Origin: a virus
Lineage: Duplodnaviria > Heunggongvirae > Uroviricota > Caudoviricetes
Virus record (IMG/VR): IMGVR_UViG_3300024298_000005
Reading direction: 5' to 3' (one strand)
DNA length: 64,000 bases
Position 1 is the first letter of the stretch; each line of letters begins with the position of its first letter. The translations under genes and the position numbers were made by a program. Below are positions 26,958 to 36,819 of the stretch, in pieces. A model generated the notes under the pieces. The model made no database searches and was not told the DNA's origin. It saw only the letters and a list, made by a program, of their open reading frames with translations.

Positions 26958-28048
26958 TATACTATGTTATCCCCGCCGGCCATTATTTTAGGGCTTGCTA
27001 TTGTGGTATCTGTATTGTTTGAATTCTTTGGAAATGTTGCTCCAACAATACCGCCAACGGTATTGATTGCTCCACGAATTGTTGCAGGACTACTTAAAAT
27101 ATTAATTGCTTCTTGTTTAAGTCCGTCTTTACTTAAACCTTTGATATTTTTAACGGTATTTGCAGCAGCAATGGCAGTTCCTAAGAAGCCGCCGATACTA
27201 CCAAATGCAGTACCATCACCTACAGCACCAAACACTGATTCAAGACCGTCTAGAACACCTCCAGGTCCTGTTAATGTTGCAACACCTCCACCGGCAACAC
27301 TTAATGGACTTGGTGTGGTATCGTAGTGTAATGTAGCGAATCCCTTAGGACTTCCAATGGCTACTTGTCCTGAACTATATCTAACAGATTCATATTGAAA
27401 ACTCATTGTGTTTTCTAATGCCTCACTGCTTGCCGAGTAATCAACATTACCGTGACTCCAGGATGTTATTTTTGGATTAATATATGTGTATCCGTTAAAT
27501 CTTCTACGACTCATAGTATACACAGAAATACTTTTAATAAAATCTGGGCCTCTGTTATTGTCAAATCCGTATTGGAAGTTGTCTAATCCTGTCTCAGTCT
27601 GTCTATAGTTTGTTTTAGAAAATGCCTGATCAGGAAGATTTCGATCAGCAATATAATATCCCATATACAATGCCCATAGTGCATTGATAATTCCTGCGCT
27701 GTCATCGTAGAATGTTAGATTAACAGGATCGTAAGTATAGTTTTTGTAAATTATTTTTTTACGATTATATTGATTTTTAGTAACAGATTCGATTGTGTAC
27801 TTAGGCAAGTCGGTAGATTTTACTAAGAATCCAATTTCGTCGGCATGTCTATTTGTAAATTGAGGTGCTTTAATTGCAGTCTTATCTAATTCAAATCGAA
27901 CATAAAATAAGAACTTGGTTCTCGGAGCCAACCTCATTGTATCGTCTATATACAGACGAGTTGCGTGTTGCCAATTCCCCCAAACACCTTTTGGATTTGT
28001 TAGACCTTGACCGACACCTGTAAGGAAACGAGTAAATTTATTTGCCAT
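26957..28048 (-). CDS. tail-tube-fold protein (gp54/gp48-like tube initiator)
   Basis: VKSTDLPKY, YDPVNLTFYDD, FQYE motifs paralogous to the tube; Gly-rich tail; directly after the tube gene. Confidence 0.55.
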   Translation of the reverse strand: MANKFTRFLTGVGQGLTNPKGVWGNWQHATRLYIDDTMRLAPRTKFLFYVRFELDKTAIKAPQFTNRHADEIGFLVKSTDLPKYTIESVTKNQYNRKKIIYKNYTYDPVNLTFYDDSAGIINALWALYMGYYIADRNLPDQAFSKTNYRQTETGLDNFQYGFDNNRGPDFIKSISVYTMSRRRFNGYTYINPKITSWSHGNVDYSASSEALENTMSFQYESVRYSSGQVAIGSPKGFATLHYDTTPSPLSVAGGGVATLTGPGGVLDGLESVFGAVGDGTAFGSIGGFLGTAIAAANTVKNIKGLSKDGLKQEAINILSSPATIRGAINTVGGIVGATFPKNSNNTDTTIASPKIMAGGDNIV

Positions 28049-28053
28049 ACAAA

Positions 28054-28059
28054 TATTTA
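28054..28059 (-). promoter_or_regulatory. late promoter box TAAATA, 5 nt before ATG 28048
   Basis: TAAATA-tttgt-ATG after a terminator. Confidence 0.62.
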
Positions 28060-28064
28060 TGCCA

Positions 28065-28096
28065 CAAAAAAACCCGGAATATTTCCGGGCTCTTTT
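28065..28096. terminator. rho-independent terminator, possibly bidirectional, after the tail tube gene
   Basis: CCCGGAA-3nt-TTCCGGG flanked by an A-run and a T-run. Confidence 0.75.
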
Positions 28097-28111
28097 GACT
28101 CAAATGAGTTA

Positions 28112-28753
28112 TTATTGTGCGCCTGAACGTCCAGTAACAGCTTCGCCAATTGTACGACCAACAACTGCGCCAATACCACGATCTGTTCCGGAGCCGTTTG
28201 CTCCTGCAAACTGAATTGCGTTATCGAAACGAATTGTTAATGCCACGGTAGCATGTTCGTTAGTACCGTAGGCTAACTCGCCGTAGTCTGCATTTTGAAC
28301 AAAGCAACCATACATTTCAAATTTTTCAAGAACGTTTGCTTCGCTAGCACCGTTACCGCCGTCAAGTACTTCAACGTTAGTTTGGAACTTGTAGTCGATA
28401 CCAGAACGTGCAGATGCCTGTTCCATAAAGTCAAATTGTTTCTGAATTTGTTGACCAACAAGTTTTTGTACAAAACCAGATGCATCATCACGTAGTGTTA
28501 ATGTAACGGTTTCGAATGAGTACTTACCTGCTAGGTATACTTTTGAGTTGTAAACATCTAGTGTCATTTCTTCAAAAGATACTTTAGGTCTTGTAACGTC
28601 TTGAACCTGCTTAGTTAATTCTACGCTAGATTCAACACCGAAACCAAGTAATGTTACTCTAAAGCGATACTTTAGTTTTGGCATTAGCAACGCTGTGTTG
28701 CTGTTTGCACCTGATGGTGGAATAGAAAATCTATTCAGTGATGATAGTGCCAT
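28112..28753 (-). CDS. gp19: tail tube protein (gp19-like)
   Basis: KYRFRV, AGKYSFETVTLTLRDD, LTIRFD; immediately downstream of the sheath. Confidence 0.85.
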   Translation of the reverse strand: MALSSLNRFSIPPSGANSNTALLMPKLKYRFRVTLLGFGVESSVELTKQVQDVTRPKVSFEEMTLDVYNSKVYLAGKYSFETVTLTLRDDASGFVQKLVGQQIQKQFDFMEQASARSGIDYKFQTNVEVLDGGNGASEANVLEKFEMYGCFVQNADYGELAYGTNEHATVALTIRFDNAIQFAGANGSGTDRGIGAVVGRTIGEAVTGRSGAQ

Positions 28754-28755
28754 TT

Positions 28756-31700
28756 TTAAATCTCTCCTGTGTTCTTAACACGCAATGGAATGTAAATGAA
28801 CTCAACTGCTTTCACTGGTTCAATTGCGATATCAACATAAAGTTCGTTACGATCGATTCTTGATGGTGTGTTATTACTTTCATCACAAACCACCGCAAAG
28901 TCGTATAGTGCTCTTAAGCCTACTAATTCAAGCAATAAACTTTCTACTGCGCCTTTAATTTCGTCTCTAGTGATTTTATCATTAGGTTCAAAAATGTATG
29001 GACGAGCTAGTTTGTTTAATTGGCTTCTCAGGTATACAACTAAACGTGCTACGTTAATTCTATCTAGTGCAGAAGCATTCTTTGCTCTTGTTTTTTGACC
29101 AAATGCTACGTGTCCTACGCCAACAAAGAATGGAATTGGATTAATCTTTAGGTCATAAAGAACATCTCTCATACCTTCGTTTAGGAATACGGTTTGGAAT
29201 TCTCCTGATACAGAATCAATGTAACCAACTGATGTTGCATTAGTAATACCGCCACGTCTTGTACCTGCTGGTGCAAACCATGGATAAGAAACTTGATCGC
29301 TTAGTGCAATTGTCTTAAGCATCATGTGTGTTGCAGGAACAACTGCATTAACACCACTTAAGTCTGTTGTAAATCCATTTGGATACCACATTGCAGAATA
29401 TTCATCATAAGTTACAACACCTGCATCACCGTTGTCGGTTACTGCGTTTGCGTTTGTACCCCAATTAATAAGTTCTGTTGCGTTGCTCTTTAAGCGGAAT
29501 GGAGTATCTGCAAGAACAAATGCTGTCATGCCACGATCAATGTTTAGGTTAACTAGGTTGCTGTACACTTCTGAATATCCAGGTGCAGCAATTAAGTTAA
29601 AGTTTCTGCGCTCTTCATCGCGGATTTCTGAACTTGTATCAATTACACTCTTAAGTGCTTGAACAACAACTTTACGTTGTGCCTTGCGACCAAATGTACC
29701 AGAACCGTCTTCGTTATTACCAGATGCTGTTGTCCAACGATCTGTTACGTATAGTTCCATGCTTACATTGCCCATGCGTCCGTTGTCTGCTGTGACATCG
29801 ATGTAACTATTTCTATATTGTTTTACGTTACCGCCAGAACGACGTAGGTTCCATAGCAACATGCCTTTTGGATATAGTGCTGGATCTGGAGCGTCAAAGT
29901 CTAAGAAGTCACTGCTTAATAAATCAACAATTGTTGATGCTGCAAGAGTTGGACTTACAGATGTGTCGCCGCCGCTAGTTGCCCAACGTGCATCAGCAAA
30001 TACAATTCCTTCTTCTGAAACTTGATCAGTCTTGTCAACTAAAACCCACTTATCGGTAATACCGCCTTGAATGTCATCATTAAAGCGATAAATTGTTGGG
30101 AAGTTTTCCATATCAGCTGTGCTGATCCACAAATCGTTAGTTACAAGAGATGTTACACCGTCTTGTTGTGTTGTTGGCATACTTGCACCTACATACGGAC
30201 CTGCTGGATCTGTTGAAGCAAATACGTTTTTGTAACCTTTCCATGTAGAACCATTGTGAACCATGATGTCAACATCGCTATAAACGTTGTTAAACCATAA
30301 TTGGCCGTCTTCTGCTTCATTTAATGGAGCATCGCCACTTGCTGTAAATCCAGCAGTTGCTAGTGGTTGCCAGTAAGTTGCTAGATAACCGTCAGCTGCG
30401 CCAGGTGCTGCTGAGCTTAAATCTAACACATAAGCAGATGCACTGAATAATGTTGCAAATGCTGTGCTTGATGTATCTTTAAATCTAATTTCGCCGCCAG
30501 CTTTGTGTTTGATTACTAACTGGTTGTCTGCTGAAACACTTGCTTCAACATTGTTTGTAATTTCAACTAAGCCAGTTGAGTCATAAAATGTTAATGCGTT
30601 AATTGCTGCTGCAATTGTTTCTGCATCAGTGCTGTCGCCTGCTGCTGTAAATGTAACGGTAGCTGCTGTACTTAGAGCTGCATCACCTACAACAGATTGT
30701 TTAATTGTAAATGTCTTAGCACCACTTAGTGTTCCATTAGTAATTACTTTAGAAGTAATTGTTGTTGCACCTTTAACAGCACGTCTCCAAATTTTAAATT
30801 TAGAAGTTTCTAATGTAGTGTCAGTTGACGGAGTACCGTTTGGTGTTGAATAACTAAATTCTTCGTCGCTGTTAAATTGAACAAATAAAGAATCTTTGTC
30901 AATTGCTAAACCGCCATTTGAGCGATCTAAATAATAATCTGCGGAATGTGTTGTTCCATAGATTGGAGCAGAAATTGCTGTCCATGCTTGTGTAGCTGAA
31001 CTATATTTCTTAACTCTCCAACGAGCACCATTTCCTGGCTCTGTAGTTTTAATCCATACAGAACCTGTTGGATATCCTTGTTTTGTTGAAGGATTATCTG
31101 TTCTCTTAAATGTTGGAACAGAAGTGTGTGGAGCGTGAACTAGTTTTGGTTGTAGGTATGTACCTGTTGCAATTCCTAGATCAGTTAGAACGGTTCCCGA
31201 ACCTGTTGCAATTACAATAGCACCACTTAGTGTTGAATCGCCTGCTGTATCTGTAGAACCATCTGAGTATAGATATAATCTGCTGTTTGCTACTTTAGCA
31301 CTCACACCAGTAATGCCTAAGCCGTTAATATAACTTGCTGTTGCTGATAATCTTGCACTTACGCTGCCGCCTGATTGAACTGCAACTGATGTTCCATTGA
31401 TTAAGAATGTATCTGCTGCTGTTAACGCTGTCACGGCGCCACCGCTAACGGTTGGCCAACTTGCTGCCCAGTCATTGCTGCCTACTAAAACCCAGCTACC
31501 GGCTGTTACACCAGCACCGCTGTTTCCAGGAGTCTTAAAGTATACTGCTGCTGGACCTGTTGATACTGCAACTACGGCATAATCTCCAATAGAACCAACT
31601 GATGCTAAAGGAACATCTGAACCGTCTAATTTTGATGTATCGTCATCGGATAAAACAATTGGAGTTTTTGCGGCAAACTTTTGTCCACCGTTTGGAACGG

Positions 31701-32157
31701 TTGCGCTGTTCCATTCTTGAATACCCCATGTTGTATTTTGTGTGTCTAGCCACCATGCGCCGTCTGTTGGATTTGCTCCCGGGGCGTCTGCTGTTGCTTC
31801 TAGTTGATCAAGATCTATGTCTGCTCTTACAATGAAAGCTGCGTTCGATGCGCTTAGATAGCTATATGCTGCTAGTAGACCGTATTCGTTACGCTCTCCG
31901 CCATGGATTGGTGATCCACTGGCTGTCTTTTCAAAGAACGGAACACCAAATGTATCTACCAAATCTTTCTGGCTTGTCATCTTATAAGCCTTACCAGCAT
32001 TTGCTTTTAATGTTCCAGCAGCGGTGCCTGTGCCTGCTGCATTTGTTTTATTCTGTCCTGTGGCCACAACGATAAGCGGAGTTGTACCTGGTTCTGCAGG
32101 TGTGTAAAAACTCTCGTCAATTACCGTTACTTGTACGCCTGGTGATGTTAGTGCCAT
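28756..32157 (-). CDS. gp18: contractile tail sheath protein (gp18-like, 1133 aa, large internal insertion)
   Basis: SPGVQVTVIDES start; WFAPAGTRRG, INPI, GQKT, ALDRINVARL, VFEPND-like YIFEPND, PVKAVEFIYI. Confidence 0.92.
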   Translation of the reverse strand: MALTSPGVQVTVIDESFYTPAEPGTTPLIVVATGQNKTNAAGTGTAAGTLKANAGKAYKMTSQKDLVDTFGVPFFEKTASGSPIHGGERNEYGLLAAYSYLSASNAAFIVRADIDLDQLEATADAPGANPTDGAWWLDTQNTTWGIQEWNSATVPNGGQKFAAKTPIVLSDDDTSKLDGSDVPLASVGSIGDYAVVAVSTGPAAVYFKTPGNSGAGVTAGSWVLVGSNDWAASWPTVSGGAVTALTAADTFLINGTSVAVQSGGSVSARLSATASYINGLGITGVSAKVANSRLYLYSDGSTDTAGDSTLSGAIVIATGSGTVLTDLGIATGTYLQPKLVHAPHTSVPTFKRTDNPSTKQGYPTGSVWIKTTEPGNGARWRVKKYSSATQAWTAISAPIYGTTHSADYYLDRSNGGLAIDKDSLFVQFNSDEEFSYSTPNGTPSTDTTLETSKFKIWRRAVKGATTITSKVITNGTLSGAKTFTIKQSVVGDAALSTAATVTFTAAGDSTDAETIAAAINALTFYDSTGLVEITNNVEASVSADNQLVIKHKAGGEIRFKDTSSTAFATLFSASAYVLDLSSAAPGAADGYLATYWQPLATAGFTASGDAPLNEAEDGQLWFNNVYSDVDIMVHNGSTWKGYKNVFASTDPAGPYVGASMPTTQQDGVTSLVTNDLWISTADMENFPTIYRFNDDIQGGITDKWVLVDKTDQVSEEGIVFADARWATSGGDTSVSPTLAASTIVDLLSSDFLDFDAPDPALYPKGMLLWNLRRSGGNVKQYRNSYIDVTADNGRMGNVSMELYVTDRWTTASGNNEDGSGTFGRKAQRKVVVQALKSVIDTSSEIRDEERRNFNLIAAPGYSEVYSNLVNLNIDRGMTAFVLADTPFRLKSNATELINWGTNANAVTDNGDAGVVTYDEYSAMWYPNGFTTDLSGVNAVVPATHMMLKTIALSDQVSYPWFAPAGTRRGGITNATSVGYIDSVSGEFQTVFLNEGMRDVLYDLKINPIPFFVGVGHVAFGQKTRAKNASALDRINVARLVVYLRSQLNKLARPYIFEPNDKITRDEIKGAVESLLLELVGLRALYDFAVVCDESNNTPSRIDRNELYVDIAIEPVKAVEFIYIPLRVKNTGEI

Positions 32158-32190
32158 TCCCTATTCTCCTGGTAATAGTTTTACTCAAAG

Positions 32191-32196
32191 TATTTA
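32191..32196 (-). promoter_or_regulatory. late promoter box for the sheath gene (leadered, with AGGAGA RBS)
   Basis: TAAATA about 33 nt upstream of ATG 32157. Confidence 0.55.
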
Positions 32197-32252
32197 GCGG
32201 TAAAAGGTAAAAATACCTTCTTATAACATCAGAAAAAGGGGAAGAAAAGGTG

Positions 32253-32258
32253 TAAATA
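32253..32258 (+). promoter_or_regulatory. late promoter box TAAATA, 5 nt before ATG 32264
   Basis: TAAATA-ttttt-ATG. Confidence 0.55.
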
Positions 32259-32263
32259 TTTTT

Positions 32264-32602
32264 ATGAGACCACTTTGTAAGGCCTGTAATGAACGGCCTA
32301 GAGCATTAAATTATTATAAAGGTAAAAAACCTTATTATAGAACGCTCTGCGAAGCGTGTCTAGCTCACGGGTCTAAAGCACATATACCTCGTTGGAAACG
32401 TGCTGGATACAAAATGAAATCGCAATGCGAAAAATGCGGATTTAAAAGTCCGCATTCTGAAGTATTTAGAGTATTTCACGTAGACGGCAATTTAGATAAC
32501 TGCCGTCCTAGTAATCTAAAAACAATATGTTGTAATTGTTCTCAAGTTTTAAGCAAAGAGGGCATTACTTGGCGTCAAGGAGATTTGGTCTCTGACTACT
32601 AA
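32264..32602 (+). CDS. Zn-finger HNH-endonuclease-like protein
   Basis: CxxC pairs; HVDGNLDNCRPSNLKTICCNC. Confidence 0.7.
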   Translation: MRPLCKACNERPRALNYYKGKKPYYRTLCEACLAHGSKAHIPRWKRAGYKMKSQCEKCGFKSPHSEVFRVFHVDGNLDNCRPSNLKTICCNCSQVLSKEGITWRQGDLVSDY

Positions 32603-33202
32603 TTCTGTCTGCTTAAATAGATCATCGATAGTTCCGTTATTATCTATAAAATGATCAAATTCTGTTCCTACCCATGCAGTTTCACTAGCATGAATTTTAC
32701 GCATTTTTAATTCTTGGAACGCCCAGTTATGTCCTTGATTAGCGGCTAACGCTATATCATACCATTCGGGAAGTTCTCCTCTGCGTACCCATACAATTTT
32801 ACCACCCGCATTTCTAATACTGCTAATTTCGTTGGGGAAACGACAATCTGAAATTACTACATTATCCTTAGAATTACGAAGTTTATTTTCTAATGATGCT
32901 ATCCAAATATCATCATGGAAGCCTTTGCGGCATACCTCTGTGCCCCAATATTGAAGTACCCACCTTGGAGTAAGTGTAGGCATTGCAAGTCTTTCTGCCC
33001 ACCAAGGATCAACTTGTTCGCGCCACTCTCTTGCTTCTTTGGTTCGACCTTCTAACATAGTTCGATCCCAACCAAACACAGAGCTTACTGCGTCTTTTAA
33101 TGTATTAGCAAAAGACTCTCGTCTAAATTCGTGGAAATTAACTAGATAATCGGCAATAGTATCTTTGCCCGATCCAATAAACCCGCATACACCTATAATC
33201 AT
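32549..33202 (-). CDS. deoxynucleoside monophosphate kinase (T4 gp1-like)
   Basis: GFIGSGKDT P-loop, FANTLKD, TPRWVLQYWGTEVCR, ISDCRFPNE, HASE. Confidence 0.88.
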   Translation of the reverse strand: MIIGVCGFIGSGKDTIADYLVNFHEFRRESFANTLKDAVSSVFGWDRTMLEGRTKEAREWREQVDPWWAERLAMPTLTPRWVLQYWGTEVCRKGFHDDIWIASLENKLRNSKDNVVISDCRFPNEISSIRNAGGKIVWVRRGELPEWYDIALAANQGHNWAFQELKMRKIHASETAWVGTEFDHFIDNNGTIDDLFKQTELVVRDQISLTPSNALFA

Positions 33203-33223
33203 AATATCCTCCAGTTAAAGGAT

Positions 33224-33252
33224 ATTATACGTGAAATTTATTTGAAGGTCAA
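33224..33252 (-). promoter_or_regulatory. sigma70-type promoter TTGACC-N17-TATAAT for the dNMP kinase
   Basis: Read directly; the -35 box contains the gp13 stop codon. Confidence 0.72.
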
Positions 33253-34007
33253 CCAGTTATCCAGGTATAACCGGAGCCGCCTGGCACCAATTTCATTAGA
33301 TCTTCAGTTAACTTATCAATTTCGGCTTGCCCTTCTGTTTTGAGTGCTGCTCCGTTTAATGAGCTTCCGCCGCCAGGACCGGCAATTTGAGCAAATTTTT
33401 CACGAGCTTGTCCTAGCATCATTTTGCAGTTAGCTAAAGCATAATCTTTAATCCATTGCCCAGAATAGGTATCGGTTATGATAGAGCTATCTGGTTTTGT
33501 GTTATAGATTTGTAACATAACTGACTCATCAGTTCTTGGTCTTTGATGAATTATTAACTTTTTACTCTGCGGATGCCAAGTAAAATTAATAAATGCTCCA
33601 AACATTTTTCCTACAAGCTCTTGATATTGCGAAAAGAGTTCATAGGTTAACAAACCGCCCATATTTGTCGAGCTTAACAAATATGTATTAGTATAGGCTA
33701 AATTAAAAGGTTCAAATACCGTACCTCCGGTACCGCCTCCAGTTCTTGAACCAACGCTTCTTCTAAAAATTTGCCTAACCTGTTGTACTTCCTTAGGCAA
33801 AATATATTCGTTAACATCGGTTTTTAGCACTAAAAAGGCATAGCTTTCTTCTACAGCATTATCTGAACGCTGACGGAAAACCGCTAGGGCACGATTAAGG
33901 GCTGTTTCGTAGTGGATTGGGTCTAACTCTACATCAACCATGCCGTCGCCTAGCATAGCTTTGCAGTAGTTATAAACCTCTTGTTTTACTTGATCAGTTG
34001 AGCTCAT
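33249..34007 (-). CDS. gp13: neck protein (gp13-like)
   Basis: LGDGMVDVEL, WIKDYALA..K..LG..R.KF, GG..LNG..LK.E motifs. Confidence 0.72.
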   Translation of the reverse strand: MSSTDQVKQEVYNYCKAMLGDGMVDVELDPIHYETALNRALAVFRQRSDNAVEESYAFLVLKTDVNEYILPKEVQQVRQIFRRSVGSRTGGGTGGTVFEPFNLAYTNTYLLSSTNMGGLLTYELFSQYQELVGKMFGAFINFTWHPQSKKLIIHQRPRTDESVMLQIYNTKPDSSIITDTYSGQWIKDYALANCKMMLGQAREKFAQIAGPGGGSSLNGAALKTEGQAEIDKLTEDLMKLVPGGSGYTWITG

Positions 34008-34012
34008 GCTTG

Positions 34013-34033
34013 TATTTATCGTAGCGGTAAATA
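34013..34033. promoter_or_regulatory. back-to-back late promoter pair (TAAATA - at 34013-34018; TAAATA + at 34028-34033)
   Basis: Boxes sit 5 nt from ATG 34007 and 7 nt from ATG 34041. Confidence 0.65.
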
Positions 34034-34040
34034 TATGACT

Positions 34041-35303
34041 ATGCCAAGACTTTCGCTATATCGTCCCGAAAAGGGCAACGACTACAAATTCATTGATAAA
34101 ACCGTCTGGGAAATGTTCCAAGTTGGCGGTACAGATGTGCTTGTTCACAAGTATTTAGGGCCCGGTAGTTCTGTACAAGGAGATAATCCTAGTACTCCTA
34201 CTTACGGAACCGATTCTGTGTCAAATATTCAAGATCTTTTATTTTTAGAAAATCGTGACCGAAAATATGATCCTGATGTTTATATTTTAAGAGGCGTATA
34301 TAACCTGCAAGACATTGATTTTAATCTAAGTCAATTTGGTTTGTTCTTGCAAAATGATACAATTTTTATAACGTTTCATATTAATGATACCGTAGAAAAA
34401 CTTGGTAGAAAAATTATATCAGGCGATGTGTTAGAATTGCCTCATTTAAAAGACGAATATGCACTTAACGATTTTAACTTTGCGTTAAAACGTTTTTATG
34501 TTATTGAAGAAGTTAGTCGTGCTGCGGAAGGTTTTTCAGTAACTTGGTATCCACATTTATATCGTGCTAAATGCAAACCTCTAGTAGATAGTCAAGAGTT
34601 TAAACAAATTCTTGACGGCGTTGCAGGTGAAGGTACAAACCAAACATTACGCGACATTATGTCAACTTATGAAAAAGAAATGCAGATTACACAAGCAGTT
34701 CTTGACCAAGCTGAAGCAGATGCACCAAAGAGCGGATATGACACAAGCAAGTTTTATACTTTGCAGAAAAATTTAACTACAGGCGAAACTGAGCTAGTTA
34801 CATCGGATAACACACAATTAAATGTTTCTTTTGAAACTCAAGCCACTGATGAGACTGGAGATCCGTTGTTTGACGAGAACGGAGATCCAATTTATGTAGG
34901 TGCAACTGCTTCAACAATTTATAAGACTCCGGAATGGGAAGACTATGGCGGTTATATCACCGGTGACGGAATTCCTCCGAACGGAACACCGTTCTCAAGT
35001 GGTATTGCGTTTCCTTTAAATCCTGCAGAAGGACAATTTCATTTACGTACTGATTATTTTCCAAATAGATTGTTTAGATTTAACGGAGCACGATGGGTTA
35101 AATTTGAGGATAATATACGCATGACTATGAGCAATCTAGGTCCTTCCGATACAGAAATTGGCGCTACATTTGAAGGCAAGGATGATCGCAAGACGCAGAA
35201 GACTGGATTTATTAATAATGAAACGGTTAATAAGATCAATAATAAAATGATCAAAGAAAGACAGAGTTTAAGTAAAGCTCTAAGACCAAAGGCGGATGAA
35301 TAA
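34041..35303 (+). CDS. neck/head-closure protein (gp14-like) with C-terminal extension
   Basis: DLLFLENRDRKY, GDVLELP, YRAKC; divergent from gp13 and upstream of gp15; ATG 34035 is an alternative start. Confidence 0.62.
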   Translation: MPRLSLYRPEKGNDYKFIDKTVWEMFQVGGTDVLVHKYLGPGSSVQGDNPSTPTYGTDSVSNIQDLLFLENRDRKYDPDVYILRGVYNLQDIDFNLSQFGLFLQNDTIFITFHINDTVEKLGRKIISGDVLELPHLKDEYALNDFNFALKRFYVIEEVSRAAEGFSVTWYPHLYRAKCKPLVDSQEFKQILDGVAGEGTNQTLRDIMSTYEKEMQITQAVLDQAEADAPKSGYDTSKFYTLQKNLTTGETELVTSDNTQLNVSFETQATDETGDPLFDENGDPIYVGATASTIYKTPEWEDYGGYITGDGIPPNGTPFSSGIAFPLNPAEGQFHLRTDYFPNRLFRFNGARWVKFEDNIRMTMSNLGPSDTEIGATFEGKDDRKTQKTGFINNETVNKINNKMIKERQSLSKALRPKADE

Positions 35304-36811
35304 TGGACTTCTTTTATGATGGGCAGATAAGACGCTATGTGACTCAGTTCATGCGCTTTTTTATTGGATTCAAGTATAAGGCCGGTGACGGCGAAGAACG
35401 CCATGTGCCAGTAATGTACGGTGATTTAACACGTCAAGTAGCTTCTATTATTAGAGATAACTCTGAAAATAAAATGCCTACCGTACCAAGAATTGCTTGT
35501 TATATTACAGGTCTAGAGCTTGACATGACTAGACTAAGCGATGCTACCTTTGTAAGTAAAATCAATATTAGAGAAAGAAAATATTCAGACTTTGATGAAG
35601 CAGGTGATCCTATATATGAAAGTACTCAAGGTGGTCATTATACTATAGAACGTTTAATGCCAACTCCGTATAAGTTAAGCATGAAAGCAGATATATGGAC
35701 TTCAAACACTGATCAAAAATTGCAATTGTTAGAACAAATTCTTGTTTTCTTTAATCCAAGTTTCGAAATTCAAACCACTGATAACTTTGTTGATTGGACT
35801 AGTCTTAGTGTTGTAAATTTAAAAAATTTAACGTTTAGTTCTAGAACAATTCCGCAAGCAGCAGAAAGCGATATTGATATTTGTAGTATAGAATTTGATA
35901 TGCCTATCTTTATTACAGCTCCTGCTAAAGTTAAAAAACTTGGAGTTGTTAAAAACATTGTTACTAATATCTTTACTGAAGACGGTGATGTGCTAGGACT
36001 TGAAGACTTAACAATGGACCTTGGAAAAGCCGGTACTCAGTTATTTAGAACCTATGATCAATACGGTGTCTTGTTATTAAAAAGTAATAACGGTCAATCC
36101 AATGACTACGATTTATCTATTTTAGACGTTTATGAAGCCGTTCAGGCTGCAGGCCTTGATGTTCCAGTAAAATATGGAGATAGATTAGATTGGAATCTTG
36201 TGTTAGAACATCACGGTGGTTATACTCCGGGATTAAGTATGGTCTACTTCTTACAGCCTAACGGTAATGAAATTCGAGGAACATTTACAATTAATCAGAT
36301 AGATCCAACATATCTTGTTGTAACAATTGAAGATAAACCTTCAAATACATCGATTCCCGGACCAGCAAGATCAAATAATAGTTGGACAACAATAGATGCA
36401 ATTATCGATCCTTATAAATTTAATCCAATCGAAGTGTTTGGTTCTGCATCGTTAATAACTCCTGGTATTAGATATTTGATGCTAGAAGATGTAAACCCTA
36501 GTGAAAATAGAGGCGGAGTAATGCAATATGGCCAAAGTCCTGCAGACGGAAGCAGCGGAGATCCTTACGACGGTCCAGATGGATGGAAAGATGTAAACGG
36601 ATATGACCTATATCTTAAAGCAAATTCTATTATTGAATGGGATGGTACTACATGGGTAACCGTTTTTGATCCAGCTGCGGCTACTGAACTAACATATGTT
36701 ACCAATTTAAAAACAGGTATTCAATATAAATGGGATTTAGAGCAGTGGCTCAAATCATTCGAAGGCGAATATGCTGCCGGAACGTGGAGATTTAACCTCG
36801 ACGGAGAATAA
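35303..36811 (+). CDS. gp15: tail sheath stabiliser / tail terminator (gp15-like) with C-terminal extension
   Basis: FFYDGQIRRY, VPVMYGD, PTPY, QLLEQILVFFNPS. Confidence 0.75.
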   Translation: MDFFYDGQIRRYVTQFMRFFIGFKYKAGDGEERHVPVMYGDLTRQVASIIRDNSENKMPTVPRIACYITGLELDMTRLSDATFVSKINIRERKYSDFDEAGDPIYESTQGGHYTIERLMPTPYKLSMKADIWTSNTDQKLQLLEQILVFFNPSFEIQTTDNFVDWTSLSVVNLKNLTFSSRTIPQAAESDIDICSIEFDMPIFITAPAKVKKLGVVKNIVTNIFTEDGDVLGLEDLTMDLGKAGTQLFRTYDQYGVLLLKSNNGQSNDYDLSILDVYEAVQAAGLDVPVKYGDRLDWNLVLEHHGGYTPGLSMVYFLQPNGNEIRGTFTINQIDPTYLVVTIEDKPSNTSIPGPARSNNSWTTIDAIIDPYKFNPIEVFGSASLITPGIRYLMLEDVNPSENRGGVMQYGQSPADGSSGDPYDGPDGWKDVNGYDLYLKANSIIEWDGTTWVTVFDPAAATELTYVTNLKTGIQYKWDLEQWLKSFEGEYAAGTWRFNLDGE

Positions 36812-36814
36812 GTA
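36809..36814 (+). promoter_or_regulatory. variant late box TAAGTA overlapping the gp15 stop codon, 5 nt before ATG 36820
   Basis: TAAGTA-aaggt-ATG; ambiguous because AAGG could also act as an RBS. Confidence 0.35.
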
Positions 36815-36819
36815 AAGGT

